64,000 nucleotides of DNA from Gammaproteobacteria bacterium Ga0077536 (GCA_001464935.1 LNEL01000055.1:83056-147055); one strand, 5' to 3'; shown: positions 18,461-28,069, counted from the stretch's first letter. Program-made: numbers and translations. Notes: generated by a model from the sequence alone, not told the origin.

Positions 18461-19591
18461 TCAGACGGATCGGGCGCCGAGCCATCGATCGAGCTGCGGC
18501 CACAGGCGATACACCGCGTTGCCGCCGGCGACCAGACTGACGTGTCCGCCCTTGATCACGATTTCCTGCTTGTCCGAACTGCCGACGAGACCGATCAGAT
18601 CCTTCGATGCCGCGGTCGGCACGATGTGGTCGTATTCGGCAGCCACGTGCAGGAAAGGCACGCGGATCTTACCCAGATCGACAACTTTGTCACCCACGGG
18701 GAAATCGCCCGAGATGAAGTGGTTGCCGCGCAGGAAGTCGCGGACGAAATCGCGCGCGAGCTCGCCCGGCAGCGGCAGCTGATCGGCGGCCCAGCGGTCG
18801 AAGCGCAGGTTCGCTTTGACGAACGCGTCGTTGTCGACGTTGTTCAACAGTTGCAACTGGTTCGCGCTCCGCTGCAGCGGCCGCAGCGCCTGGATGGACG
18901 CATTGATCAGGTCGCCGGGAATGATGCCGAGTTCCTCGACGAGACGGTCGATATCGAAGGACTTGCTCTCTGCCCACTGCTTGTAGAGCACCATGCCGTC
19001 GGCGTTGATCGGGGTCGTGAAGCACGCCAGGTTCTTGATGCCGCGATGCGGGTGCAGCGCCGTGTACAGCGAGGACAGCATGCCGCCCATGCAGTAACCG
19101 ACCAGCGTCAGCTCGGCCTCGCCGGATTCCACGCGAATGTGTTCGACGGCACCGTCGAGCATTTCATTGACGAAGGACCCGAGGCTGAGATGCGAGTGCT
19201 CGCGGCGCGGCGGCGCCCAGTCGGCCATGTAGACGTCATAGCCCTGCAGCAGCAGGTATTCGACGAGGCTCTGCCCCGGCGCGAGGTCGAGGATGTAGCC
19301 GCGCGCGACGGGTGACATCACGATCAGCAGCGGCACCCGGTAGATTTCATCGAGCACCGGCCGGTAGTGATAGAGCCGCAGCGTGTCGCGCGTGTAGACC
19401 AGTTCTTTCGGCGTCTGGCCAACTTCGAGATCGAGCTCCGGCGTCGGCACGTTCAGGCCCGGGATATTGCGGGCGAGCGTGCGCTCGATCGTCTTCTTGA
19501 CCCGCTGGTCGATTTCCTCGCGCGTCAGCCCGAGCGCCGGTGGTGGCGGCTGGTGTTTCGGCGTCGATTTGGGGGCCCGCTTCGTGGCCAT
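18461..19591 (-). CDS. phaC: poly(R)-hydroxyalkanoate synthase, class III/IV-type PhaC (about 376 aa)
   Basis: Start at M119 of the track ORF (MATKRAPK...). Lipase box GYCMGG. Alignable to class III PhaC (VPLLIV...DWG..., ...GGH.). The ATG sits two nt after the upstream gene's stop. Confidence 0.85.
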   Translation of the reverse strand: MATKRAPKSTPKHQPPPPALGLTREEIDQRVKKTIERTLARNIPGLNVPTPELDLEVGQTPKELVYTRDTLRLYHYRPVLDEIYRVPLLIVMSPVARGYILDLAPGQSLVEYLLLQGYDVYMADWAPPRREHSHLSLGSFVNEMLDGAVEHIRVESGEAELTLVGYCMGGMLSSLYTALHPHRGIKNLACFTTPINADGMVLYKQWAESKSFDIDRLVEELGIIPGDLINASIQALRPLQRSANQLQLLNNVDNDAFVKANLRFDRWAADQLPLPGELARDFVRDFLRGNHFISGDFPVGDKVVDLGKIRVPFLHVAAEYDHIVPTAASKDLIGLVGSSDKQEIVIKGGHVSLVAGGNAVYRLWPQLDRWLGARSV

Positions 19592-19593
19592 GG

Positions 19594-19980
19594 TCAAACC
19601 GGCTCCGGCGGACGCTTCGTGCGGGCCGGTTTCGCAACGCCGGCCTGCGGGCTCGCCGGCGCCACGCCCTGCGCGAGGCGCATGCGCAGTTCGCGCAGTT
19701 CGACCTGCACCGAGGCCAGCGCGTCCTCGACCTGGCCGAGGCGATCGCTGACGTCGAGCACGTCCTGGCGCGACGGCAGGTTCAGGTTCGCGAGGTACTG
19801 CGCCATCGATTCGCTGAACATCCGGTGCGAATGCAGGGCTTCCTGCATGTAGCGTCCCATGCCCTTCGAAAAGCGCTCGTCCCCCATCATGTCCGTCATC
19901 GCCTGGCTCCAGGCCTTCTCGGACTTCACGAACCACTCGCGCCACAGACGCACGGGGTTCAGTTGTTCGTCATCACTCAT
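19594..19980 (-). CDS. small coiled-coil protein translationally coupled to phaC (candidate PhaE/PhaR-like synthase partner)
   Basis: 128 aa with a strong GAGGAGGAG RBS. Its stop abuts the phaC start, and its start overlaps the hydrolase stop (ATGA). Confidence 0.5.
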   Translation of the reverse strand: MSDDEQLNPVRLWREWFVKSEKAWSQAMTDMMGDERFSKGMGRYMQEALHSHRMFSESMAQYLANLNLPSRQDVLDVSDRLGQVEDALASVQVELRELRMRLAQGVAPASPQAGVAKPARTKRPPEPV

Positions 19981-20816
19981 GGCTCCTCCTCGTTCCGCGC
20001 GCCGGCCGGGTGCACGCGCTGGGCGAGCCGCCGGGCTATCACGCGATACACCTCAGGGTGGAACACCATCCCGAGATGCGTGCATTTCACTTCGTTGTTG
20101 TGTCTTGAATCTTCTTCGATGCAACTCGACCATTCGGCCACGCCGTCCGTCTTCGAATAGACGGCGAACTGCGCCACCGGACGCGGCTGCGGCTGGAGCA
20201 TGTGGCGAACGAAACTGCACAGGCAGTGTCCGGTGCCGCAGGAGGCGTGCAAATTACGTCCGACCACGCCGCTCTGGTTCAGCTTCAACTTGTCCCAGAT
20301 CCCGACGACCGCCGGATGCGCCTTCACCATCGAGCGAAACGGCGACCCCAGCGTGATGATGCGGTCGAACAGCGCCGGCTGTTCCTGGATCAGGCTTTTC
20401 GCCAGCATGCCGCCGAGGCTGTGGCCGATCACGCGCACGCGCTGGCCGGACTCCTCGCGGATGCGTCGCGCCCGCTGCAGCAGCGCCCGCGCGGTGCGAT
20501 CGGGACAGTCATTGTTCCAGACGATGTTCGACAGATGCGACTGGTAGCCGATGCGCTTGAGCCACCGGTGCAGTTCGAGCATCAGGTAGTCGCCGGCCAT
20601 GAAGCCCGGGATCAGCAGCACCGGTTCGCCGGCACCGCGCTGACAGCCGATGCCGTAGAACACCGGCGAGAATCGCAGCTTCATCCAGTCCATCCCCCAC
20701 ACTGCTTCCCGCCACAGGGGCGTCAGCGTGTGCTGGACCGAAGGATCGTGGGCGAACGGATTGTCATAGTCATCGACCAGACCGTCCACCTCGAGGTTGT
20801 CGTTGGGCTTGTTCAT
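19977..20816 (-). CDS. alpha/beta hydrolase (lipase box GHSLGG)
   Basis: 279 aa; first gene of the phaC operon. Confidence 0.75.
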   Translation of the reverse strand: MNKPNDNLEVDGLVDDYDNPFAHDPSVQHTLTPLWREAVWGMDWMKLRFSPVFYGIGCQRGAGEPVLLIPGFMAGDYLMLELHRWLKRIGYQSHLSNIVWNNDCPDRTARALLQRARRIREESGQRVRVIGHSLGGMLAKSLIQEQPALFDRIITLGSPFRSMVKAHPAVVGIWDKLKLNQSGVVGRNLHASCGTGHCLCSFVRHMLQPQPRPVAQFAVYSKTDGVAEWSSCIEEDSRHNNEVKCTHLGMVFHPEVYRVIARRLAQRVHPAGARNEEEP

Positions 20817-20890
20817 GCATTCATTATGACGCGGGCGGCCCGCCGCGCACCGTCAGCCGGCACGCGACAGGCCACTGGTCACAATTGGTA

Positions 20891-21291
20891 TCAGGCGACT
20901 TTCGGCCAGAACGCGCTGAGCTTGCGCGCGGTCTCGCTGATGTCGCTCGAGGACTTCATCGCGCCATCGAACACCTTGCGGAATTCGGCGGCCACGTCGG
21001 CCTGTTCCTGGAACAGCGTCTTCGCGAGCGACATGCTGCGTTCCTGGGCCGCGGTGGCGGCTTCCATCATCGCCTTGACGTTCGCGCTGTAGTCGCTCGG
21101 ATTGGCGGCGATGCGCTTGCTGGTTTCGAGCGCTTCACGCTGGCTTTCGAGCAGCGCGCCGAGCAGGGTTTCGTTGACGCGGGTCGCGCGCTCGCGGGTT
21201 TCCTTGACCGAGGCGGCGAACTTTTCGTGCGCCGTGCTCAGGTAGTCGAGGTAGCTGCAAAGGGCTTCGCTGGGGTGTTCTGGGTCGTCAT
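20891..21291 (-). CDS. phasin family protein (PhaP); 5' end apparently frameshifted
   Basis: Phasin-like helical repeat region in the track ORF (YLDYLSTAHEKFAASVKETRE...). The only RBS-preceded ATG (~21291, AGAGGAAG upstream) is in the -1 frame and stops after 17 codons. The in-frame ATGs further upstream sit inside the promoter. See finding. Confidence 0.5.
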
Positions 21292-21367
21292 GTCGGTCTT
21301 CCTCTGGGCACCCGGGGTGCCGTTGGTTGGATAATGTGAGAGAATTTTTGCTGCACTGCAAACCTGG

Positions 21368-21402
21368 TTGACATATATATGCGGTTTGCATATAGGTGTC
21401 AA
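21368..21402. promoter_or_regulatory. interleaved face-to-face sigma70-type promoters for padR (+) and the phasin gene (-)
   Basis: TTGACA-TATATATGCGGTTTGCA-TATAGG-TGTCAA. The + strand carries TTGACA/17 nt/TATAGG; the - strand carries TTGACA/17 nt/TATATA. The spacers fully overlap and the stretch is near-palindromic. Confidence 0.5.
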
Positions 21403-21440
21403 CGCTCCAGGCGCTTTTTTTTTCCCATGACGAGGTGTCA

Positions 21441-21842
21441 GTGAACGAACAGACTTCAGCCGGCCCCGGCCTCAGGCCCAGCGGCGACATGCTGACAGCC
21501 CACCTCCTCGCCCTGCTGAAGGGCTGGTCGGCATATGGCTACGAATTGACCCAGCGGCTCGAAGCGGCCGGTTTCGGCGACCTCAACAAGGGCTCGGTGT
21601 ACCGCCTGTTGCGCCAGATGGAACGCAGCGGGCTGGTGTCCTCGAGCTGGGACACCTCCGCCGACGGCCCCGCGCGCCGCGTGTACTGCATGACCCAGGC
21701 TGGCAGCCTCTTTCTCAACAACTGGTTGATTTTCCTCGACGCGCACCGCCGCGGCCTCGAGCAACTGGCCGGCCTTGGCGGCGGCCCTGCCGCCAACAGC
21801 GACAGCCCGGGCGGCAGCGCCGGACGAAAGAAGACCTCATGA
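21441..21842 (+). CDS. PadR family transcriptional regulator
   Basis: MLTAHLLALLKGWSAYGYELTQRLE winged-helix N-terminus. Start is either GTG 21441 or ATG 21489. The stop overlaps the next gene (ATGA). Confidence 0.7.
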   Translation: MNEQTSAGPGLRPSGDMLTAHLLALLKGWSAYGYELTQRLEAAGFGDLNKGSVYRLLRQMERSGLVSSSWDTSADGPARRVYCMTQAGSLFLNNWLIFLDAHRRGLEQLAGLGGGPAANSDSPGGSAGRKKTS

Positions 21843-23572
21843 GCGTCATTGTCGAAAAGAATGTCGCCGTCGCCCTGCGCGACGGCATCACGCTGCGCGC
21901 CGACATCTACCGGCCGCAGGCCGAAGGCCGCTACCCGGTGCTCCTGCAGCGCACGCCCTATAACAAGGAGCTGTGGCCGATCACGGCGATGACGCTCGAC
22001 CCGATCCGGGCCGCCGCCGCGGGTTACGCGGTCGTGATCCAGGACGTGCGGGCGCGCTGGGCATCCGAAGGCGACGTGTTCTTCCCGTACCGCGACGAAG
22101 GCGACGACGGCTACGACACCCTCGGCTGGGCCGCGGCGCAACCGTGGTCCAGCGGCGTCGTCGGCTGCTACGGCCTGTCGTACATGGGCGGGACCTCGTG
22201 GCTGGCCGCGGCGTCGGGCCATCCCGCTTTGCGCGCGATTTCACCGACGACCGCGCCGAACGATTTCTACCACGATCACTTCTGGCGCGGCGGCGCGCTG
22301 AACATCGGCCTCCTGGCCATGTGGGCGATGCGCGCGATCGGTCCCGCGGCGCTGATCCGCTCGCGGCCCCAGCCGGCGGATTTCTTTCCGCTGCTCGTGC
22401 AGTTGATCGACGACATCGACGATTTCGAGGAAGTGCTGCGCGCCCTGCCGCTCGATCGCTTCGCGCCCGGCCGGCCGGACGACGACCGCTTCGTGCCGTT
22501 CTTCTATGAATTCATGCGCCACCCCGAGCCGGACGCGTGGACGCGCAGCCTGCTCGTCGCCGGCAGGCACCATCAGGTCAAAGTCCCGAGCCTGTCGATC
22601 GCGGGCTGGCACGATCTGCTGCTGAACGCGGATCTGCAGCATTTCCGCGCGATGCGCGACACTGCCGGCAGTGACGAGGCCCGGCGCGCGAGCCGGCTCG
22701 TGATCGGCCCGTGGGCGCACGCGATGTTCCACAATGTCGTCGGTGATCTCGACTTCGGGTTCCGGGCGAACGGGATGCTGCTCGACCTGAAGGAAGACCT
22801 CACGCGCTTTCAGCTGCGCTGGTTCGATCGCTGGCTCAAGGCGCAGCCGAACGGCATCGACGACGAAGCGCCGGTCAAAATCTTCGTGCAGGGCGCGAAC
22901 CGCTGGCGCGACGAACACGACTGGCCGCTGTCGCGCGCGCGCTATCGGCCGTGGTATCTGAATGGCGACGGCAGTTTCGCGCGCGAGCGGGGTCGCGACG
23001 ATGGGGAGGCGCGCAGTTTCGTCTATGACCCGGCCGATCCATGCCCGACCAGCGGCGGCGGCCTGCTGTTGCCGGCCCAGTACACGCCGGGACCGGTCGA
23101 CCAGCACCGCATCCTCGGCCGTCGCGATGTGCTCGACTACACCTCGGCTGTCCTCGCCCGCGATCTGGAGGTCACCGGCCCCGTGCGCGCCGTGCTGCAC
23201 GTGACGACCAGCGGGCGGGACACCGACTTCATCGTTAAATTGTGTGATGTGCATCCCGACGGACGCTGTTACAACGTCTGTGATGGCATCCTTCGCCTGT
23301 CGTTCCGCGATGGCCAGACGCGTCAGGCGGTGGAGCCCGGCGAGCGCCTGGCGATCGAGGTCGACCTGTGGTCGACGTCGATGGTGTTCAAGGCAGGCCA
23401 TCGCTTGCGCGTGCTCGTGACGTCCAGCGATTTTCCGCGCTACGACCGCAACCCGAACACGGGCGAGCCGGCGCATCGCGCGACACGCTTCGAACCCGCG
23501 CTGCAGCGCGTGTTCCACACGGCAGATGGCGCGTCGCACCTGATCCTGCCGGAGATTGAGTCGACAACCTGA
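21839..23572 (+). CDS. CocE/NonD family hydrolase (S15 X-Pro dipeptidyl-peptidase-like)
   Basis: 577 aa with N-terminal LLQRTPYNK... and GxSYxG (GLSYMGG) around the nucleophile. Confidence 0.85.
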   Translation: MSVIVEKNVAVALRDGITLRADIYRPQAEGRYPVLLQRTPYNKELWPITAMTLDPIRAAAAGYAVVIQDVRARWASEGDVFFPYRDEGDDGYDTLGWAAAQPWSSGVVGCYGLSYMGGTSWLAAASGHPALRAISPTTAPNDFYHDHFWRGGALNIGLLAMWAMRAIGPAALIRSRPQPADFFPLLVQLIDDIDDFEEVLRALPLDRFAPGRPDDDRFVPFFYEFMRHPEPDAWTRSLLVAGRHHQVKVPSLSIAGWHDLLLNADLQHFRAMRDTAGSDEARRASRLVIGPWAHAMFHNVVGDLDFGFRANGMLLDLKEDLTRFQLRWFDRWLKAQPNGIDDEAPVKIFVQGANRWRDEHDWPLSRARYRPWYLNGDGSFARERGRDDGEARSFVYDPADPCPTSGGGLLLPAQYTPGPVDQHRILGRRDVLDYTSAVLARDLEVTGPVRAVLHVTTSGRDTDFIVKLCDVHPDGRCYNVCDGILRLSFRDGQTRQAVEPGERLAIEVDLWSTSMVFKAGHRLRVLVTSSDFPRYDRNPNTGEPAHRATRFEPALQRVFHTADGASHLILPEIESTT

Positions 23573-23591
23573 GCGAAGAGGACCGATTGCC

Positions 23592-24503
23592 ATGCTTGCC
23601 TACCTGCTGCCCGGACTGTTCGCGCTGCTGGTGGCAGGCTACTTCATCGAGCCCACCCCCTACGTCAACACCGCGCTGCGCCTGCAGCGCCGGCTGGCCG
23701 GTCTGAAAACGAAGTCGGTCAGGATCGGCAGACATCATGTGGTCTACATGGAGGGCGGTCGCGGCGATCCGCTGCTGCTGCTGCACGGTTTCGGCGCGAC
23801 GCGCGACAACTGGCTGCTGCTCGCGAAGGAACTGACGCCGCACTTCCGGGTGATCGCACTGGACCTGCCCGGCTACGGCGAGAGCGACCGGCACCCGTCG
23901 GCGGTGTACTCGCTCGGCGCCCAACTGAAGCGGATCGATCGCTTCGTGCGCGCGCTCGGGCTCACGCGTTTTCACCTGGGCGGCAATTCGATGGGCGGCT
24001 ATCTGGCCGCGCATTACGCGCGCGAACACCCCGCCGAAGTGCAGAGCCTGTGGTTGCTGGCTCCGGCCGGTGTGGTCAGCGCCGAACCCAGCGAAGTGCT
24101 GAGCGCGCTGGAACGCGGTGAGAACCCGCTGCTCGTCAACAGCGAGGCTGATTTCGCCCGCGTCATCGACCTGTGCTTCGTGCGTCCGCCGTACACGCCG
24201 AAGGGGTTCCTCAAGGTGTTCGCCGCGCGCTCGATGGAGGACGCCGAATTCCACGCGCGACTGTTCGACGAACTGTTCCGCGACCCGCGCTCGTTCGAGG
24301 ACAGCCTGTCAGGGATGACGACGCCGACCCTCATCACCTGGGGCGAACGCGATCGCATCCTTCACGCCTCCGGCGCGCCGATCCTCCACGCCCTGCTCCC
24401 GGCCAGCGAACTGCACCTGATGCCCGACACGGGGCACGTGCCAATGGTCGAGAAACCGCGCGAATCCGCCGCCGCTTTCCTGAAATTTCAGCGCGGCGGC
24501 TGA
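23592..24503 (+). CDS. alpha/beta hydrolase
   Basis: HGFGA...GNSMGG motifs. Start at M13 after GAGGAC. Confidence 0.8.
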   Translation: MLAYLLPGLFALLVAGYFIEPTPYVNTALRLQRRLAGLKTKSVRIGRHHVVYMEGGRGDPLLLLHGFGATRDNWLLLAKELTPHFRVIALDLPGYGESDRHPSAVYSLGAQLKRIDRFVRALGLTRFHLGGNSMGGYLAAHYAREHPAEVQSLWLLAPAGVVSAEPSEVLSALERGENPLLVNSEADFARVIDLCFVRPPYTPKGFLKVFAARSMEDAEFHARLFDELFRDPRSFEDSLSGMTTPTLITWGERDRILHASGAPILHALLPASELHLMPDTGHVPMVEKPRESAAAFLKFQRGG

Positions 24504-25216
24504 AGCATTTCCTGCAGTCGCCGCGCGACGCCATCACCGACTTCGCGCAGCTGTGCGCTGATAGCGGCACCCGCGGCGTCGCCGTCGCCGTCGATTATCG
24601 CGCGCCGGATCCTCGCGTGCGCCTGCTTCACGGGCCGGCTGAAATACAGCGAACCGAATGCGATGCGGATGAAGAAATCGCTGCGATCCCACATCCCGGC
24701 CGCGACCGCGCAGGCGAGCGGCGCGCGCGCATAGCGATGGATCGCGGTGTGGAACTCGAGATTAAGGCGGCGGTAAGCGGGATCGCGCGCCGCCGGTGAG
24801 CCGGCCCCGCGCAGCGCGCGATCGATGTCGGCGCACAGGGCCTTGAACTCGACGACGTCGGCGTCCGTGCGGCGCAGGGCCGCCAGCCGTGTGACACAAC
24901 CCTCGACCGCGGCAAAGAGTTCGAAGAAGTCGCGGACCTCCTCCGGCTGCGGCCGCGCCACGCGGCAGCCGACCTGCGGGATGATCTCGACGAAACCCTC
25001 GGCATCCAGCCGCTTCAATGCTTCCATCACCGGCACGCGGCTGCAGGAGAGATCTGCCGCGATGTCGACCACCGACAGCCGCTCGCCCGGCGCGAGTTCA
25101 CCCTCCAGCAGGAGCTGCATCAGATGGCTGTAAGCCGCCTGCGCCAGCGCGGCAACCGGCGCGCCACCGCGCCGCGTGGGACGAATGGGAAAGCGTGTAC
25201 CGACCGCGCGCGTCAT
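24488..25216 (-). CDS. GntR family transcriptional regulator (FCD domain)
   Basis: N-terminal wHTH (LSVVDIAADLSCSRVPVMEALKRL) plus FCD-like helical C-terminal domain. Divergent from the monooxygenase cluster. Confidence 0.75.
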   Translation of the reverse strand: MTRAVGTRFPIRPTRRGGAPVAALAQAAYSHLMQLLLEGELAPGERLSVVDIAADLSCSRVPVMEALKRLDAEGFVEIIPQVGCRVARPQPEEVRDFFELFAAVEGCVTRLAALRRTDADVVEFKALCADIDRALRGAGSPAARDPAYRRLNLEFHTAIHRYARAPLACAVAAGMWDRSDFFIRIAFGSLYFSRPVKQAHARIRRAIIDGDGDAAGAAISAQLREVGDGVARRLQEMLQPPR

Positions 25217-25322
25217 GAGCGTGCTCCGTGTCTTGCGTTCGTCAGCGACCCGATGATTTAATCTGCATACTAATATATTAGTTCCCGATCGGGGAACATG
25301 TCATCACAGGAGAGCCTTCATC

Positions 25323-26591
25323 ATGAAAATCCGTCTCGGCGCCTTCATTCTGCCGAGTGCCGGCGCGCCGCCTGCTGCCTTCGAACGGGGTTTCGCCGGC
25401 CAGAATCCGAACTATTACCAGGCGGCGCTGCGCGACTGCAGCCGGCTGCTGACGCAGCTCGATGACCTGGGCTTCGACTTCGCCGCCTTCTCCGAGCATC
25501 ACTTCCATCTCGAGGGACTCGAGGTGTCGAACAACCCGGTGATGCTCGGCGCATGGGCGGCGATGCTGACGAAGCATCTGCGCATCGGCCAGATGGGCAA
25601 CGTGCTGCCGGCCCGCAATCCACTGCTGCTCGCCGAAGACCTCGCGATGCTCGATCACTTCAGCGAAGGCCGCATGATGGCCGGTTTCGCACGCGGCTAT
25701 CAGGCACGGCATGTCGCGACGATCGGGCAGAAGCTCAACGCCCATTCGACCGCCGCCAACGACCCGCAGTACGCCGAGCACGATCGCGTGAACCGCGAAC
25801 TGTTCGTCGAACACTACGAGATCATTCGCAAGGCGTGGGCCGAGCCGCTGTTCAGCCATCAGGGCAAACACTGGAAGCTGCCGCCCCCGGGCATCCAGTG
25901 GAACCATCCGGCCACTCGCCACATGGCGCCCGGCATGATCGACGACGACGGCCAGCTGGTGAAGATCGGCATCGCGCCGCAGCCACTGCAGGACCCTTCG
26001 ACGATCGAGGTCTGCATCCCGTTCACGATGAGCCCGGCGACGATCGAATGGTCCGCGCAGCAGGGCGTCACGCCGATCATTTTCACGCCGATCGAGCCGC
26101 TCGCGAAGGGCTGCCTGGACCTCTACCACAGCGCCGCGCAGCAGGCCGGACGCAATCTCGCCTGGGGCAAGGGCGTCGGTCACTTCCGCGAGATCGTCGT
26201 CGCCGACACGGACGCCGAGGCCATCGCCGTCATGGAACGCGGCCTCGGCTACATCTGGACACGCTGGCACGACTGGTTCGGTTTCAACGAGGCACTGCGC
26301 TACCCCGGCGAGACAGGCGACATTCCGAACACGCCGGCCTGCGTCCGCGAGCGCGGCTACTCGCTGTGCGGCTCGGTCGACACCGTGGCCCGCGCGCTCG
26401 AGCACATGATCGAGACCCTGTCCCCCGAGATGATCGTGCCGTGGATCTCGGCGGGTCCGGCGCCGATCGACGCGCTGCTGAAAAGCAACGAACTGCTCGT
26501 GCAGAAAGTGCTGCCCAAAATAGGCATCGAGCTGACCCGATTCAAACCCACCCTGCGCGGTGACGTCACCGCGCCCACCTGGCGTCGCTAG
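25323..26591 (+). CDS. LLM class flavin-dependent monooxygenase (422 aa)
   Basis: Luciferase-like monooxygenase family. Confidence 0.85.
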   Translation: MKIRLGAFILPSAGAPPAAFERGFAGQNPNYYQAALRDCSRLLTQLDDLGFDFAAFSEHHFHLEGLEVSNNPVMLGAWAAMLTKHLRIGQMGNVLPARNPLLLAEDLAMLDHFSEGRMMAGFARGYQARHVATIGQKLNAHSTAANDPQYAEHDRVNRELFVEHYEIIRKAWAEPLFSHQGKHWKLPPPGIQWNHPATRHMAPGMIDDDGQLVKIGIAPQPLQDPSTIEVCIPFTMSPATIEWSAQQGVTPIIFTPIEPLAKGCLDLYHSAAQQAGRNLAWGKGVGHFREIVVADTDAEAIAVMERGLGYIWTRWHDWFGFNEALRYPGETGDIPNTPACVRERGYSLCGSVDTVARALEHMIETLSPEMIVPWISAGPAPIDALLKSNELLVQKVLPKIGIELTRFKPTLRGDVTAPTWRR

Positions 26592-26617
26592 TCGACGCCG
26601 CCCAGGAGACAGACATC

Positions 26618-28069
26618 ATGGCAGTCCGCACCGGACAACAATTCATCGAGGGCCTGCGCGACGGACGCGAGGTCTGGTACAACGGCGAGCGCATCGCGGA
26701 CGTCACGCGGTTCGCGCCGTTCGAAGCATCGATCAAGGCGCTCGCCAATCTCTACGACCTGCAGCACGACCCGAAGTATCGCGACATCCTCACCGTCGAC
26801 TGCCCGGAGTTCGGCGAGCGCATCGCGCGCCCCTTCGAAATGCCCCGCACACGTGAACAGCTGGCGCTGAAGCGCGAATCCTATCGAATCTGGGCCGAGG
26901 CGACCTGCGGCATGATGGGCCGCAGCCCCGACTTCCTGAACGTGATGATGGCTTCGCTGGCCGCGAAACGCAGCTTTTTTGCCGAATTTTCGCCCGCCAG
27001 AGCCGAGGCGATGGTGAACTACTACCGGCATGTCGCGAAGCACGATCTCTTCCTCACGCACGCGCTGCTCGACCCGCAACTCGATAAGGGCAAGGCACGC
27101 CACCAGCAGAGCGAGCCTGACATCTGCCTGCGCGTGATCGATCGCAACCAGGACGGCCTGATCCTCCACGGCATCAAGCGCATCGCGACCGCAGCGCCAT
27201 ATGCCGACGAGATTCTCGTGTGGCCATTCCCGCCGACCTTCCAGCCCGGCGAAGAACCCTATGCGAACGTGTTCGCGATCCCGATGAACACGAAGGGGCT
27301 CAAAACGCTGTGTCGTCCTTCGTTCGCGCATCCGGGTGCCCGTCACGACTATCCCCTGTCCTCGCAGTTCGACGAAATGGATGCGACGGTGGTCTTCGAT
27401 CACGTGCTCGTGCCCTGGGATCGCGTGTTCCTGCACGAGGACATCCGCTTCCTGAATCGCATGTACAAGGACTCGCGAATGCGCGAGCTGACGGCGCATC
27501 AAACCAATGCGCGCCTCGAGACGAAGCTCGGGTTTCTCTATGCGGTCATTCTTCGCATGGCAGAAGTTTCCGGTATTGCCTCAAGACCGGATATCATGGA
27601 GCTGCTGGGGGAGGCGGTCGCCTGTGTCGAGGTTATCCGCAGCACCACACGGTCGGCCGAAGAGCAGGCGACCGCCGACCCCGATAATGGTGTGCTGTAT
27701 CCGGATCTGTTCGCGCTGCAGGCAGGGCGCGCACTGGGTCCGGTGTTCTATCCTAAGCTCGTGGGCATGTTGCGTCGTCTCGGTGGCGGCGGCCTGATCC
27801 AGATGCCGGTGAGTCTCTCCGAATTCGATTCCCCGATTGCGCGCGAGCTCGAACGTTCGCTGCGCGGCGCCGATGTCTCCGGCCTCGACAAGGCCCAACT
27901 GTTCAAGCTCGCCTGGGATCTCTGCGGCACCGAGTTCGGTGCGCGGCATGAGCTCTACGAAATGAACTACGCGGGCGATCGCAGCGTGCTGATGGCGGGC
28001 ATCCAGCGTGAATACGGCCGCAAACAGTATTACCTGGACCATCTCGATCGCTTCATGAGGGCGCTATGA
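26618..28069 (+). CDS. 4-hydroxyphenylacetate 3-monooxygenase oxygenase-component (HpaB) family protein
   Basis: 483 aa with N-terminal TGQQFIEGLRDGREVWYNGERI typical of HpaB/4-hydroxybutyryl-CoA-dehydratase-like enzymes. Confidence 0.85.
   Translation: MAVRTGQQFIEGLRDGREVWYNGERIADVTRFAPFEASIKALANLYDLQHDPKYRDILTVDCPEFGERIARPFEMPRTREQLALKRESYRIWAEATCGMMGRSPDFLNVMMASLAAKRSFFAEFSPARAEAMVNYYRHVAKHDLFLTHALLDPQLDKGKARHQQSEPDICLRVIDRNQDGLILHGIKRIATAAPYADEILVWPFPPTFQPGEEPYANVFAIPMNTKGLKTLCRPSFAHPGARHDYPLSSQFDEMDATVVFDHVLVPWDRVFLHEDIRFLNRMYKDSRMRELTAHQTNARLETKLGFLYAVILRMAEVSGIASRPDIMELLGEAVACVEVIRSTTRSAEEQATADPDNGVLYPDLFALQAGRALGPVFYPKLVGMLRRLGGGGLIQMPVSLSEFDSPIARELERSLRGADVSGLDKAQLFKLAWDLCGTEFGARHELYEMNYAGDRSVLMAGIQREYGRKQYYLDHLDRFMRAL

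Noticed and set aside
22241-23593. 450-aa - strand ORF (with 21539..22222)
   Set aside because: Antisense shadow of the CocE/NonD hydrolase gene, which has clear catalytic motifs and an ATGA-coupled start.
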